The notes below the pieces were generated by a model. It saw only the letters and a program-made list of their open reading frames with translations, had not been told where the DNA came from and ran no database searches. The translations under genes and the position numbers were made by a program. A DNA stretch of 64,000 bases. It comes from a virus. Of the stretch, positions 1-9,787 are shown one piece after another (within the stretch, counting starts at the first letter, position 1; the number at the start of each line of letters is the position of its first letter). The stretch lies in IMG/VR virus record IMGVR_UViG_3300042268_000308; one strand, given 5' to 3'.

Positions 1-150
1 GGTGCTGATGTCGGCCGGGCCGGTCGCAACCTCGGTGCCGGACTCATCGGTAACGATGAAGGTGGCGCTGTTGGGCAGAACGACCGAGCCCTGCTCGTCC
101 TGGGCCTCAACGGTGATCTCGGCAGAGACGCCGGCACGGTAGACCTCCAT
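1..150 (-). CDS. Virion head-completion-region protein (5' part only; runs off the window)
   Basis: ATG at 150, open frame MEVYRAGVSAEITVEAQDEQG..., downstream of the capsid genes. Confidence 0.5.
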   Translation of the reverse strand, partial: MEVYRAGVSAEITVEAQDEQGSVVLPNSATFIVTDESGTEVATGPADIST

Positions 151-151
151 G

Positions 152-592
152 TTACGCCTCCTGGGCCTTCAGGATGTCTTCGATCAGACCCTCGATGCTG
201 CGGCCCTTCACGCCCAGGCGGTCGCCGACATCGCGCAGGCCGTTGATGCCGTGCTCGTCCGCGATCTCCTCAAGCTGCTCGCGCGAGAACATCTGACCGG
301 CGGCCTTCTTGACCTTCTCGGCCTTCTTCTCGGCTTCGCGCCGGCGCTCGGCCTCCAGCTCCTCAGCCTCGACGCGCTTCATGTTTTCGGCGACCTCGGC
401 CTTGCGCTGGTTCTCGGATACGAGGCGCTGGTTCTCGGGCACGCCATCGATGACCTGAACGCGCATGGTCGCGGCGATGCGATCGACCTGCATCTGGTTG
501 AGCTCCTCGACGCTCTCGCCGTTCTCGAACTTCACGCCGTTGAGGTATTCGCTGTAGCGCTCCCAGCCGGGTTCCGTGATCTTGACCTTCAA
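152..592 (-). CDS. Hypothetical virion-associated protein with a C-terminal HeH/LEM-like helical motif
   Basis: 146 aa ORF right after the major capsid; C-terminal 'SREQLEEIADEHGINGLRDVGDRLGVKGRSIEGLIEDIL'. Confidence 0.6.
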   Translation of the reverse strand: MKVKITEPGWERYSEYLNGVKFENGESVEELNQMQVDRIAATMRVQVIDGVPENQRLVSENQRKAEVAENMKRVEAEELEAERRREAEKKAEKVKKAAGQMFSREQLEEIADEHGINGLRDVGDRLGVKGRSIEGLIEDILKAQEA

Positions 593-682
593 GGTGACTT
601 TCTCCTGCTCTTAAACAAGGAAGGGGCGAGGTTGCCCTCGCCCCTATTATCAGTCAGTCATGACTGAACCTCAATGATGAAC

Positions 683-1588
683 TTAGACGTTCGTCACGCC
701 GGCGACGCGGGCCAGCGACTTGGTGGACTTCAGCGCCGTGCCACAATACCACTTCAGGCGGGTGCGGCTGGCGTCCTTGTTCTGCACCGTGCCGATGTCC
801 TCGACCACGATGCCGGCGGACTCGCCGCCGTAGATGCCGTGCAGGCCGTCGGCCTCGTTGAAGCGCGCAGCGTAGACGGAACAGGTCGCGCTGGACGCGC
901 CCTTCGTCTCGTCGCCGGGCAGGAAGTCGTTGACCAGGATGGGCACGCCGTTGTGCGCCAGCATCGGGCGGCCGAAGTTCTCCATCATGATCAGGTTCGG
1001 CTCGATGCCGCCGGTGTTGCGCAGCAGAGCGCGGTAGGCGCGGATCGTGCCGGAACGCATCAGGATGGCGTCGGCGCCGTTGGGCACGGCGTCCAGCAGC
1101 TCGTCCAGCATGGACAGCGACAGGGCGTTGCCGTCGGTGCCGGCGTCGATGACCTGGTTGGAGTCGGTCAGGGCCTTGATACCGTCGAACTCCTTGGCGT
1201 TGGTGCTGTTGGAGCCGATGGCCAGGGTGCGGCGGAACTTGCGGGCCAGGCCCTTCGCCTTCTGGGCGATCTGGACGGCCTTCTGCGGGTTGTGATCGGA
1301 CTGCGTGGCGTCGAGGAACTTGTCCACATCCACGTCGCCGGCCAGGACGCGCAGCTTAGCGGTCACTTCCTCGAAGGTCGCCGCGCCTTCCGGCACGGTG
1401 TCGTTGACCGGATCGATGAAGTCGCCTTCGGACAGGGTGCTCTCGCGATTGTAGACGTAGGCCTTGCCGTCGACCTTCATGAACGGCAGCACGGCGAAGA
1501 GATCCTCCTTATCGATGATCTCCTCGATGACGCCACGCTCCAGCATGTTGTTCGACAGCTTCTCGGCTTCGGCGCGCAGAAGCGGCAT
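683..1588 (-). CDS. Major capsid protein (HK97-like fold)
   Basis: 301 aa; motifs 'LAGDVDVDKF', 'EFDGI', 'RTRLKWYCGTAL'; strong RBS; follows scaffold and portal. Confidence 0.9.
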   Translation of the reverse strand: MPLLRAEAEKLSNNMLERGVIEEIIDKEDLFAVLPFMKVDGKAYVYNRESTLSEGDFIDPVNDTVPEGAATFEEVTAKLRVLAGDVDVDKFLDATQSDHNPQKAVQIAQKAKGLARKFRRTLAIGSNSTNAKEFDGIKALTDSNQVIDAGTDGNALSLSMLDELLDAVPNGADAILMRSGTIRAYRALLRNTGGIEPNLIMMENFGRPMLAHNGVPILVNDFLPGDETKGASSATCSVYAARFNEADGLHGIYGGESAGIVVEDIGTVQNKDASRTRLKWYCGTALKSTKSLARVAGVTNV

Positions 1589-1673
1589 ATGCTTTACTCC
1601 CTTTCTTGAGTCACGGGACCATTTGTTAAATCAGCCGTGACTGATTATAGCAGAGGCCAAAAGGCCCCTGCCA

Positions 1674-2603
1674 TCACTTTTTCGAATTGCCGGCGGTCAG
1701 CGACGCCTGAATGCGGCTGACGCCGTAGGTGTCGGGCTCGTTCTTCGGCGCCTTGGCGTCAGTGGTCTTGCTGTCGGCGCCCTTCTTCAGCTTGGAACGC
1801 AGCAGATTGTCGCGGTCCGGGTCGGCATCGACGATCTTGCGCAGGGCCTCGTCGAAGCCCATCGGCTCGCCCTTGCCGTCCACGAGCATGTTGCGGTCGT
1901 CGGCGCCCTTCGGCTTGTCATAGGCGATGACCTTGCCGTCTTCGATCTCGAAGTGGTCGCCGTAGACGACGCGCGCCTTGCGCGGGGTCAGCAGAAGCTC
2001 TTCGCTGATGAACTTGGACGACGTGAACGACTGGCCGACGGTGAGCTCCATCAGCTTGCCGTCGCGCTTGCCGAGCTCGCTCTCCAGCTCCTCGATGCGA
2101 CTCTGAAGCTCGGACTTTTCAGCCTCGTGCGCCTCGTTCATCTGCTTCTTGAGGGCGTCCCACTCGCCCTTTTCCTCCAGCTTCTTCTGCTCGGCGGTCT
2201 TCTTGTCCTTCAGGAGCTTGCGCACCTCGTCGGGGTTGATGCCCTCGAACTGCTTCTTGAGGTTCTTCACCTCGTCCTGGGCTTCCTTCAGGGCCTTCTT
2301 CTTGGACATGACCTCCTTCAGAAGCCGGGCCTCCTCGTCGGTCGGGCCGTCCTTCTTGTCCTTGTCGTCGGCGTCATCGCCGCTGGGGTCGTCACCATCG
2401 GGCTCGTCCTGCGGGTCCGGGGTATCTTCCGGCTCATCCGCGGCCTCACTGCCTTCCGGCTCGTCCTGGGGCTCGTCGGCGCCGCCCTTGCCTTCCTGCT
2501 CGAACATGACCTGCGGGCCGAAGCCCAGCCGGCCGAAGCCGATCATGGGGCCGACGGTCGTGGTCTTGTCGCTGGTGGCAGTCGCGATGCTGCGGTCGTT
2601 CAT
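1674..2603 (-). CDS. Capsid scaffolding protein (start uncertain)
   Basis: Acidic low-complexity N-terminus plus coiled coil, between portal and capsid. Confidence 0.8.
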   Translation of the reverse strand: MNDRSIATATSDKTTTVGPMIGFGRLGFGPQVMFEQEGKGGADEPQDEPEGSEAADEPEDTPDPQDEPDGDDPSGDDADDKDKKDGPTDEEARLLKEVMSKKKALKEAQDEVKNLKKQFEGINPDEVRKLLKDKKTAEQKKLEEKGEWDALKKQMNEAHEAEKSELQSRIEELESELGKRDGKLMELTVGQSFTSSKFISEELLLTPRKARVVYGDHFEIEDGKVIAYDKPKGADDRNMLVDGKGEPMGFDEALRKIVDADPDRDNLLRSKLKKGADSKTTDAKAPKNEPDTYGVSRIQASLTAGNSKK

Positions 2604-2683
2604 GCTGCTAAGCCTCTCTCTTGGCTTGATGGTGGATACGATGTGGCTGACCAATCACTCGGTCGTGGACCCAAGGCGCCCTA

Positions 2684-4228
2684 TCACTCGGCCGCTTGGG
2701 GAGGTTTGGACGGCGGTTCGTCCGCGTCCTTGTTGTTTTGCCCCTGCTCGCTGTCTTCGCCCTTGATCAAGGTCGGGCGGCCAGAGGCGGGCGTCGGCGC
2801 CGGCGCCTCCTCGGGCCACTCGTCGAGCTCGTCCTCGATCTTGGAGCGGAGATCCTTGCTGAGCTGGGGCCAGAGCTTCTCGACCACCTGCTTCATCTGC
2901 TCGCGCCGCATTACCTTGGGCGCATCCAGCAGAGAAAGCTGGCCGGCGATCTCGAACTCGTCGTAGAGGGACCGAACATCGAAGTTGTCCGGGTAGGTGA
3001 CGAAGGCGTCATCGCTCGGCTCCTGGCCGTGCCAGAGCAGGACCAGGTTGGCGATGTCGTTCTCCGCGGTTTCCAACGTCTGCGCCTTGGCCGCCAGGAG
3101 AGCATTCACTCGCTCGAAGTCGTAGGCCTTGGCGACGCCGCTGGAGTTGTCGATGCCGACGGCGTTGTCCTGCTTGGTCCGCTCCCCAGCCATGCCGACG
3201 GAATGGTAAATCTCGTTGATGATCTTGTTGATCACCGTGATGATCATTTCCGCCTGCTTGGGGTCGGGCGACAGATAGAACGGCTGTCCGCCATTCTCCC
3301 CGTCGAACACGAAGGCGCGCTTGGTGCCCGCCTCGATCAGCTTCTTGTAGGTGTCCTCGCCCGGCAGGATGCCTTGAGCCGGCATGGCAAGCTGCGAGAA
3401 CGTCTGGTCCTGAATGATCGCGTCGAGGTTCGACAGATAGTTGGCGATCGCTCGATCCAGATAGGCGATGTCCTGAATGAGCGCCTGACCGACGTAGGGG
3501 TCGTCGGTTTCGGCGTGATCGGCGAAGACCACCGGCACGACGCCCAGGCCGTGCTCATCCTCATCCGCCAGCTTGACCTCGACCTTGTTGCCCTTGCGGG
3601 TCACTTCGAGCAGGTGCCAGGCATTGCGCGTCCACAGGCGATACCGCTCCTTCTGGCCGCCGGTCGAGGTGAGGGGATCGTCGTCGTCGCGCTTGGGCTC
3701 GAACAGCAAAATCCACAACAGCTCGCCCTCGTCGTCCAGGCCGAAGTCGAGGATGTGCTGCGGCTTCACCGCGTAGCCGTAGACGCGCGCCTTGATGTTC
3801 TTCTCGTCGGCCTTGCTGATCGCCTCGCCGCGATTAGTGCTGTCGACCACGATCGCGACGCGCCCGAGCATGGAGCTCTTGCGGCTGGTCTCGCGCATCA
3901 GATGGCCAATCGGGCGGCCAGAGCGCGTCGCCTTCTTCCAGAACCGCTTCAGCTCGGCCGGCGCGTCCTCGGAGCGCACAGGCTCGACCTTGAAGAGATA
4001 CTTGTTGACCAGATCCACGACCTCGCGGGTGTGGTTGAAGCGATAGGCGCGTTCCACGCGGTCCTCGAACTCCTGCTCGCCCTCCTTGAAGTAGCGATGG
4101 ATGTTCTGGCCGAACCAGGCGCGCGTGCCGGCATAGGTGTCTTCCAGAAAGTTCCAATGCCGCAGCAGATCGTCGTAGGCGGGGTGCCGGCGCTTGATGA
4201 GTTTCTTGAGAGCTTCCTGATCCATCAA
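2684..4228 (-). CDS. Portal protein
   Basis: 514 aa, SPP1-like motifs 'HGLGVVPVV' and 'SGVAKAYDF'; position after TerL. Confidence 0.9.
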   Translation of the reverse strand: MMDQEALKKLIKRRHPAYDDLLRHWNFLEDTYAGTRAWFGQNIHRYFKEGEQEFEDRVERAYRFNHTREVVDLVNKYLFKVEPVRSEDAPAELKRFWKKATRSGRPIGHLMRETSRKSSMLGRVAIVVDSTNRGEAISKADEKNIKARVYGYAVKPQHILDFGLDDEGELLWILLFEPKRDDDDPLTSTGGQKERYRLWTRNAWHLLEVTRKGNKVEVKLADEDEHGLGVVPVVFADHAETDDPYVGQALIQDIAYLDRAIANYLSNLDAIIQDQTFSQLAMPAQGILPGEDTYKKLIEAGTKRAFVFDGENGGQPFYLSPDPKQAEMIITVINKIINEIYHSVGMAGERTKQDNAVGIDNSSGVAKAYDFERVNALLAAKAQTLETAENDIANLVLLWHGQEPSDDAFVTYPDNFDVRSLYDEFEIAGQLSLLDAPKVMRREQMKQVVEKLWPQLSKDLRSKIEDELDEWPEEAPAPTPASGRPTLIKGEDSEQGQNNKDADEPPSKPPQAAE

Positions 4229-4650
4229 CCGGCTCCGCTAACCTTTACCCAGATCGCCAGGCCGGCAACCGTGACCGTCCAGACGACGCCGGCCGCCCAC
4301 AGGACGCCCTTGAGCATCCCTCGCGCGGCGGCGATCTCCTTTTCGGTGTCATCGACGCGCCCCTCGGTCTGACGGAACCGCATTTCGGTCGCCTCGCAGT
4401 GCTGCTGAAAGCGACCGTCTTGCTTCCGAATGGCGTCGAAGGCGCGCTCGATCTTCTGCTCCTGGTGCTGGGCGCGCTCGTCGGCACGCGCCTGCTCAAT
4501 GAACAGATCGTCGAAGCGGTCCATCTTGTTATCGATGGACTCCACGGCTTTCGAGAGCGCCGCCACTGATGTCGTGAGGCCGGTCATTCCAGCTTCCAAG
4601 TTCGCTAGACGCTGTTCCATCGTCTTCATCGGGCTCGTTTCGGTGGGCAT
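4225..4650 (-). CDS. Coiled-coil protein with C-terminal transmembrane helix (possible holin-like)
   Basis: Heptad N-terminus, hydrophobic 'GVLWAAGVVWTVTVAGLAIWV'. Confidence 0.55.
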   Translation of the reverse strand: MPTETSPMKTMEQRLANLEAGMTGLTTSVAALSKAVESIDNKMDRFDDLFIEQARADERAQHQEQKIERAFDAIRKQDGRFQQHCEATEMRFRQTEGRVDDTEKEIAAARGMLKGVLWAAGVVWTVTVAGLAIWVKVSGAG

Positions 4651-4714
4651 AACTGGCGCTCTCTTGCCTAAACCTGTTCACCTATTATAGATCAGCGCTG
4701 ACTTATCAACAAGG

Positions 4715-7348
4715 TCAGATCGAAATTCCGACCGGCTGGAACTTCCGGGTCGGGAACTCGATCTCGATGCAGTAGCCGAGCGCGTCGGTGATGTGCTCGA
4801 CGCCAAGGCTCTTGTCGATCTCGCGCGAGTTGGGCTTGTAGAGCGTCTGCTCCAGGCTTCCGATCAGGTTTCGGCACTTGTGATCGACGTAGAACCGCAC
4901 CTGACCATCCGCCGTGCGCAGCATTCGGTTCACAGCGTTCACGCGATCGGACACGCGCGGGTGCTTGCGTCGGAACTTCAGCCGCCTAAAGCCCTTTTCC
5001 CGAAGCACCTGAAGATCGGACTCGCCGCGGGCGTGACCGCGCGCCGCGCCGGCCGGATCGGGGTAGATGGTCAGGCGCTTGACCATGCGCCAGAGCCGGC
5101 GCTCCAGCTCCTCGGCCATTTCCTCAGTGTTGGAGCTGGGCAGCACAATCTCGTCGACCGCCCAGACCGAGCCGTCGGGCTGAGGCTGCAAGATCACGGC
5201 GGACATGGGATCGACGTTGAAGTCCATCCCCACCCAGATCGGCAGCTTGGGGTTGAACTTGAAATTGCCGACATGAACGGTGCGGTCGAAACAGTGATAG
5301 ACCCGACCGGACATGGTTTCGAAGCTCGCCAGGTATTCCTGGTTGAAGCTCTTTTCGTCCATGTCGGACTTGGCCGCCTCGACCTCGGCCGGCGGGATGA
5401 ACGGACTGTCGGCGGTGCGAAACTGCCAGGACTTCCAGGTGTTGCGCACCCGGCGGCCCTTCTTGTCGCGGTAGATATCGCCGCGCTGGCCGAGCATGAA
5501 CACGTCATAGAGCCAATTGAAGCCCTTGGGCGTATTGTGGCTGATGAAGCCGTTCGACCAGAAGCTATGCGTGTCAGGGATCGTGAAGTCGTAGGTGTTT
5601 GCTCGGCTCTCCTCAAGCGACACGATCTCGTCCCAGAAATATCCCGAGCGCAGATGCGCATCCAGAACCGCGAGAGCCTCTTTGTCTCGCGCGACCTGGT
5701 GCGTCTCCACAAAATCCTTCAGCGTGCGATAGCTGATGTCCGCGCCCGTGTCGATCGCCGCCTGAAAGCGCCCCACGGGGATTTTCACGCTCTGACCGAG
5801 CCGGCGACACGATCGGCGAACGCGCGACAGCCACTCGCCCATGTTTGGCACACCATCGCGCCGCGACCAGCTTCCGACCGTTGCCTCATCCAGCCGCTTT
5901 TGCTTCCGCTCGATTTGGAGTGCCACGTTGTCGCGAAACAGACCAACGTCCGGTCCCTGGATTGTCAGTCGCCACTGATAACTCGCTTTTGCAATCTTGG
6001 TCGCCGGGATGGCGTGGCCCGTGACGCGCCCGACGATGCCGATGTTGGTCATCAGCAGTTGTAGGTCGCGCACAAGCGCCTCGGATGCCGAATAGTAAAC
6101 GACCGACGTGCCGGTCCGCTTACTGATGACGGAACCGTCGCCGTCAAACATGCCAGCGACGAAGGCCATCGCCCACTCCCGACGACCCTGCCATACCCAA
6201 TCGGGGATGAACTTCTGCGGCGCCTTGACGACGGGCATCCCGAGATAGCGCAGAAGCTCGCCGAACATCATCGAATTAAGGGTCCATTGATCAGTCCGGC
6301 CAGATGCCGCGGTGAAGCCGAATTTCTCTATCAAGAAATCACCCACGCTGCTGTCGCCGCATGTGATCTGCGTTCGATAGATGTCCTTCTGATAGCTGCC
6401 TTCGGCCACCCAGATGCCCAGCAGATAGGCCAGATCCTTGGTCATGCCGTCAAAGTTCAGGCGCCGCACCAGATGCGTCCTCGACAGATTGCCAATGAAC
6501 TTCTCCTGATGCTCCTGCCAGCCGCTTATGGGGTCACGATCGCCCCAGACCTCCATCTTGCGATCGATTGCGACGCGATCGCCAGTCTGAAGGTCTTTCA
6601 TGCTTCGCCAGGCCGGGCGGCCGCTCTTGTCCATCACAAGCAGCGGGTGCGGCTTGCTCGCTTCGATGCGAAAGCCCTTCTGTGTCGTCACGACCCTCGT
6701 ATCGACGACGCCATTCTCCCAAAATCCATCGGCGCGGTGATAGGCATTGTCGATGCCGTAAAGCTCGTAGCTCGCCGGCGTCAGCGTCTTCTCGCCGCGC
6801 TCGGGCGACAGCGTTTCGATGCGCCAAGCACCATCCCGACGCAGCACACGCGTATCACCTTTGACGCAGCCGATGATCAAAGCCTGACCGCCCGTGCTCG
6901 AAAGAGTCGGGCGAAGCACCTTTGTCCAAGTGTCTCTACGAATATCCTGCGCCTCATCAATAACGAGATAGTGAAGACCGACGCCACGAAGCGTATCGGG
7001 CTTATCAGCACCCTTCAACTCAATCCTCGTCCCATTTTTGAGGCGAATTTCTAGCGTTGTTTCGTTGGCTTTTGTGATCCACTTTTGAGGAATGGCTTCG
7101 ATGATCTCTTGATACATGATCGTCTTTGCCATTCGGTAAGTCGGAGCCACATACCAAATGAGAGATTTCGGCTGACGAGCAGCGCGAATGATGGAAATCT
7201 TACTCACCTGTGTTTTGCCCCAGCGTCGCCCCGCAACCACAACTTTAAAGCGGTGCTTGGCGTTCAGGACTTCAGCCTGCCCGCTATGGACATACAGCTT
7301 CTCGATGTGACGCCTGGTTAACGGCGGCGCGTCAAACGGAGCAGCCAT
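4715..7348 (-). CDS. terL: Terminase large subunit containing an intein
   Basis: Walker A 'AGRRWGKT', Walker B 'LVIDEA', nuclease 'GMDFNVDP' and 'HITDALGY'. Confidence 0.95.
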   Translation of the reverse strand: MAAPFDAPPLTRRHIEKLYVHSGQAEVLNAKHRFKVVVAGRRWGKTQVSKISIIRAARQPKSLIWYVAPTYRMAKTIMYQEIIEAIPQKWITKANETTLEIRLKNGTRIELKGADKPDTLRGVGLHYLVIDEAQDIRRDTWTKVLRPTLSSTGGQALIIGCVKGDTRVLRRDGAWRIETLSPERGEKTLTPASYELYGIDNAYHRADGFWENGVVDTRVVTTQKGFRIEASKPHPLLVMDKSGRPAWRSMKDLQTGDRVAIDRKMEVWGDRDPISGWQEHQEKFIGNLSRTHLVRRLNFDGMTKDLAYLLGIWVAEGSYQKDIYRTQITCGDSSVGDFLIEKFGFTAASGRTDQWTLNSMMFGELLRYLGMPVVKAPQKFIPDWVWQGRREWAMAFVAGMFDGDGSVISKRTGTSVVYYSASEALVRDLQLLMTNIGIVGRVTGHAIPATKIAKASYQWRLTIQGPDVGLFRDNVALQIERKQKRLDEATVGSWSRRDGVPNMGEWLSRVRRSCRRLGQSVKIPVGRFQAAIDTGADISYRTLKDFVETHQVARDKEALAVLDAHLRSGYFWDEIVSLEESRANTYDFTIPDTHSFWSNGFISHNTPKGFNWLYDVFMLGQRGDIYRDKKGRRVRNTWKSWQFRTADSPFIPPAEVEAAKSDMDEKSFNQEYLASFETMSGRVYHCFDRTVHVGNFKFNPKLPIWVGMDFNVDPMSAVILQPQPDGSVWAVDEIVLPSSNTEEMAEELERRLWRMVKRLTIYPDPAGAARGHARGESDLQVLREKGFRRLKFRRKHPRVSDRVNAVNRMLRTADGQVRFYVDHKCRNLIGSLEQTLYKPNSREIDKSLGVEHITDALGYCIEIEFPTRKFQPVGISI
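5534..6868 (-). mobile_element. Intein with LAGLIDADG homing endonuclease in TerL (445 aa)
   Basis: IIG|CVKGDT ... FISHN|TPKG; blocks 'YLLGIWVAEGS' and 'FVAGMFDGDGS'. Confidence 0.95.
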
Positions 7349-7350
7349 GA

Positions 7351-7932
7351 TCAGCCCTCCTCCACGACGCCATCGCCGAGATCGAGATCACCAAGGTCGT
7401 CAAGCTCGCCGTCTTCGTCCTCGTCGCTTTGCTTCTGAAGATCGTTGATTTGGTCCTGCGTCAGATCCTCGATGTGCAGCTCGGGGATTTCGTCGTCACC
7501 CTGGATGTTGTCGATGCCGAGCACCGTCCAGCGCTCCTGGCGCACGGTCGCCAAAGTGGAGGCGGCCTTCTGAAGCGTCTTGATGTTGGCGTCCACCGTC
7601 GCAAAGGGGCGACCATCGCGCTGTGCGTTCGCCAGCTCGCGCATGACCAGCTTTGCGATCTGATCGGCGAACTTGTAGTGCTCCTCCTTGGTCGCCTCGA
7701 TGCGACGCGCGATCTCGCCGGCACGCCGGACCGCCTCGTCGGCCAGGGAGTCCTTGATGGCGCCAGCCACCTCCTCAGCTTTCGAGCCGCGCTCGATGCC
7801 GCGCTTCTTCATGCGGTCGAAGATGGCCCGCCTACTGACGCCGAAGCGATCCGCGAGATCGTCGGCCGTGGCGCCGGCTCGCTCCCAAATGCTCTCGATT
7901 TCAGCCCACTGTTCTTCGTTTAGCCTTGCCAT
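7351..7932 (-). CDS. terS: Terminase small subunit
   Basis: N-terminal HTH 'TADDLADRFGVSRRAIFDRM', acidic tail, directly upstream of terL. Confidence 0.8.
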   Translation of the reverse strand: MARLNEEQWAEIESIWERAGATADDLADRFGVSRRAIFDRMKKRGIERGSKAEEVAGAIKDSLADEAVRRAGEIARRIEATKEEHYKFADQIAKLVMRELANAQRDGRPFATVDANIKTLQKAASTLATVRQERWTVLGIDNIQGDDEIPELHIEDLTQDQINDLQKQSDEDEDGELDDLGDLDLGDGVVEEG

Positions 7933-7940
7933 GGGTTCCT

Positions 7941-7977
7941 CAAAGAAAAAGCGCCGCCCTTGGTTGCGGGCGGCGCT
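7941..7977 (-). terminator. Intrinsic terminator in the terS leader
   Basis: AGCGCCGCCC-GCAACCAA-GGGCGGCGCT followed by TTTTCTTT, just before the terS RBS. Confidence 0.65.
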
Positions 7978-8009
7978 GACACTCACGGAAAGAGACTTTC
8001 AAGGTCTCT

Positions 8010-8052
8010 ATAGTGGCACCCACGTCGCCCCTTGTCAATCAGCAATGACTTA
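8010..8052 (-). promoter_or_regulatory. Sigma70-like promoter with an upstream TAAGTCA-N4-TGA box
   Basis: TTGACA-17-CACTAT; box abuts the -35. Confidence 0.65.
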
Positions 8053-8100
8053 CCTTTCGAGACGCACTGCTGACGCAGGAACCGCGCATTATTGCTCCTA

Positions 8101-8190
8101 CACGGGAAAGAACCCGTGCCCCTTATATATTATATAGAAACCTTGTTATAAGTTAGTATCTATATTTCATATTTAAGGGGCGCGGGTTCC
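8101..8190. repeat. Inverted-repeat-flanked AT-rich element (origin or pac-like)
   Basis: AACCCGTGCCCCTTATAT / ATTTAAGGGGCGCGGGTT around a ~50 bp AT-rich core; related copy at ~23490-23566. Confidence 0.6.
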
Positions 8191-8205
8191 TACCCGCAAC
8201 TAACT

Positions 8206-8490
8206 CTACATCCCGGAACCGGGTCGCATCACCGCGTAGCAGTGAGGTGTCGGTGCAACGACGCGACGCTTGCGGCCCCGACGAAGCTCGGTGTCGCGGC
8301 GCTCCAGCATCCCGTGCTTTTCCAGATAACGGATCGAGAATTGAAGCGCCTGCTTCGAGCACTCGTAGGGCACCGCCTCCAGCAGCTCGTTCATGTCGGG
8401 AAACTCGCCGCGGCTCGTCAGGTCCATCACCGTGTCGAGGATCACCTGCTGCTTGCCGGTCAGATAGAAAGTCCGCTGACGATCGCTCAT
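8206..8490 (-). CDS. Winged-helix DNA-binding protein (LexA/MarR-like)
   Basis: 'LTGKQQVILD...KQALQFSIRYLEKHGMLERR'; ATG overlaps the upstream stop. Confidence 0.7.
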   Translation of the reverse strand: MSDRQRTFYLTGKQQVILDTVMDLTSRGEFPDMNELLEAVPYECSKQALQFSIRYLEKHGMLERRDTELRRGRKRRVVAPTPHCYAVMRPGSGM

Positions 8491-9353
8491 TCCAGGCACT
8501 CTAGCTTCAGCGGCTCGCTGACAGCCTGATTTTCGAAGGCCGTCATCGGGATGCGCTCGGGCAAATCGCGACCGCGGTCGGGGTTGCGGTAGACGCCATA
8601 CATGGGCGAGGCCAGCACCATCTGCTGAAGCTGCTTGATCAGCAGGCCCGGCTCCATGGCTTCGACGCGCGAGGTGCCCTTGTCGCGGTTGTTGCCGGTC
8701 TTCTCCAGGGCCGAGTGCCGGTAGTAGAAGTCTCGCGTCTTGGCGATCACGCGCTCGCGCACCGCCGGCGGCAGACAGTTCAGCTCGGTCATGATCGCCT
8801 CGTGGTCGGCCGGGTTGGCGTCGAAGGTCTGCCGCATGAATTTCAGACCCACCTCCCACTTGTTTGAGTTGGAGGGCTTCACGAAGCGGAAGCCGGCCTT
8901 CTGGGCGAAGAGGTTGTATTTGCTCATGGAGCTCTGGATCTCCATGAACGTGTTGCCCTCCATGCGGCTCGCGATGTTCTGGAAGCGATAGGCCACGCCC
9001 ACGCCGCGGAACATCGTGTCCACCACGAAACGCGAGATCACGCGCATGTTGGCGTTGATCCACTTGTAGCGGTAGGTGTTGGTGATCTTGGTGTCCTTGC
9101 CGTCGGGCTTGAGCTGCGGGAACGCCTTGTGGCGCTCCTTGAGCAAACCCTTGGGGCTGCCGGTGACGATGACACCGATCGTTTCGCCATCCAGCGCGCA
9201 GCGCCAGTAGCGTGCGCCCGCCGGCGCACCTTCGGCCTTGTAATGAAGCTCGTGCAGAAGCTCCCAATCATCCTTCGTCCCGCGCTCGACATACATGCGG
9301 TCGAGCAGGGAGAAGCGCGGCCGGGGCTCTGCAACACGATTTGTCTCAAGCAT
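8487..9353 (-). CDS. GNAT-fold acyltransferase (Mom-like DNA-modification candidate)
   Basis: 'LHELHY' and acetyl-CoA motif 'ISRFVVDTMFRGVGVA', 'KAGF'. Confidence 0.75.
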   Translation of the reverse strand: MLETNRVAEPRPRFSLLDRMYVERGTKDDWELLHELHYKAEGAPAGARYWRCALDGETIGVIVTGSPKGLLKERHKAFPQLKPDGKDTKITNTYRYKWINANMRVISRFVVDTMFRGVGVAYRFQNIASRMEGNTFMEIQSSMSKYNLFAQKAGFRFVKPSNSNKWEVGLKFMRQTFDANPADHEAIMTELNCLPPAVRERVIAKTRDFYYRHSALEKTGNNRDKGTSRVEAMEPGLLIKQLQQMVLASPMYGVYRNPDRGRDLPERIPMTAFENQAVSEPLKLECLE

Positions 9354-9460
9354 AGTCGTTTCCCGTCGATTTCCCGCGCGCTCATGCGTGCTGGGGCATG
9401 TTTGCGTTCAGCGTGTCGCGATGACGCACCCCAGCGCTCAGCGCGCTTCCCAGCGCTTTC

Positions 9461-9787
9461 TCAGCACCCGCCGTCAAAACCGCCGGACGAGCTGCTGCTC
9501 GACGAGCCTGAAAGGCTCGATCCGTCGCTCGTCCCGCCCACGAAGGCTCGCGGATAGGAGCACCCGATCTCCCCCGGCATCAGGCCGATCGTCGCGCTTT
9601 CGACATAACCGCCGCGAGCCAGGTCGCCGCGTCGCCTCGAAGGCAGCCCTGCGGCCGACAAAAAGCTCGCCTGACGGGCTTTCTCGGCTTTGCGTCGCCG
9701 TCGCGCTTTGACCAGCGTTACCACGACGATGAGCAGGGCGGCCAGGACGACAACGATCGGGTAGGTGAGGATTTCCAGCAGGTTCAT
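9461..9787 (-). CDS. Small membrane-anchored protein
   Basis: N-terminal TM helix, Ser/Gly-rich tail. Confidence 0.5.
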   Translation of the reverse strand: MNLLEILTYPIVVVLAALLIVVVTLVKARRRRKAEKARQASFLSAAGLPSRRRGDLARGGYVESATIGLMPGEIGCSYPRAFVGGTSDGSSLSGSSSSSSSGGFDGGC

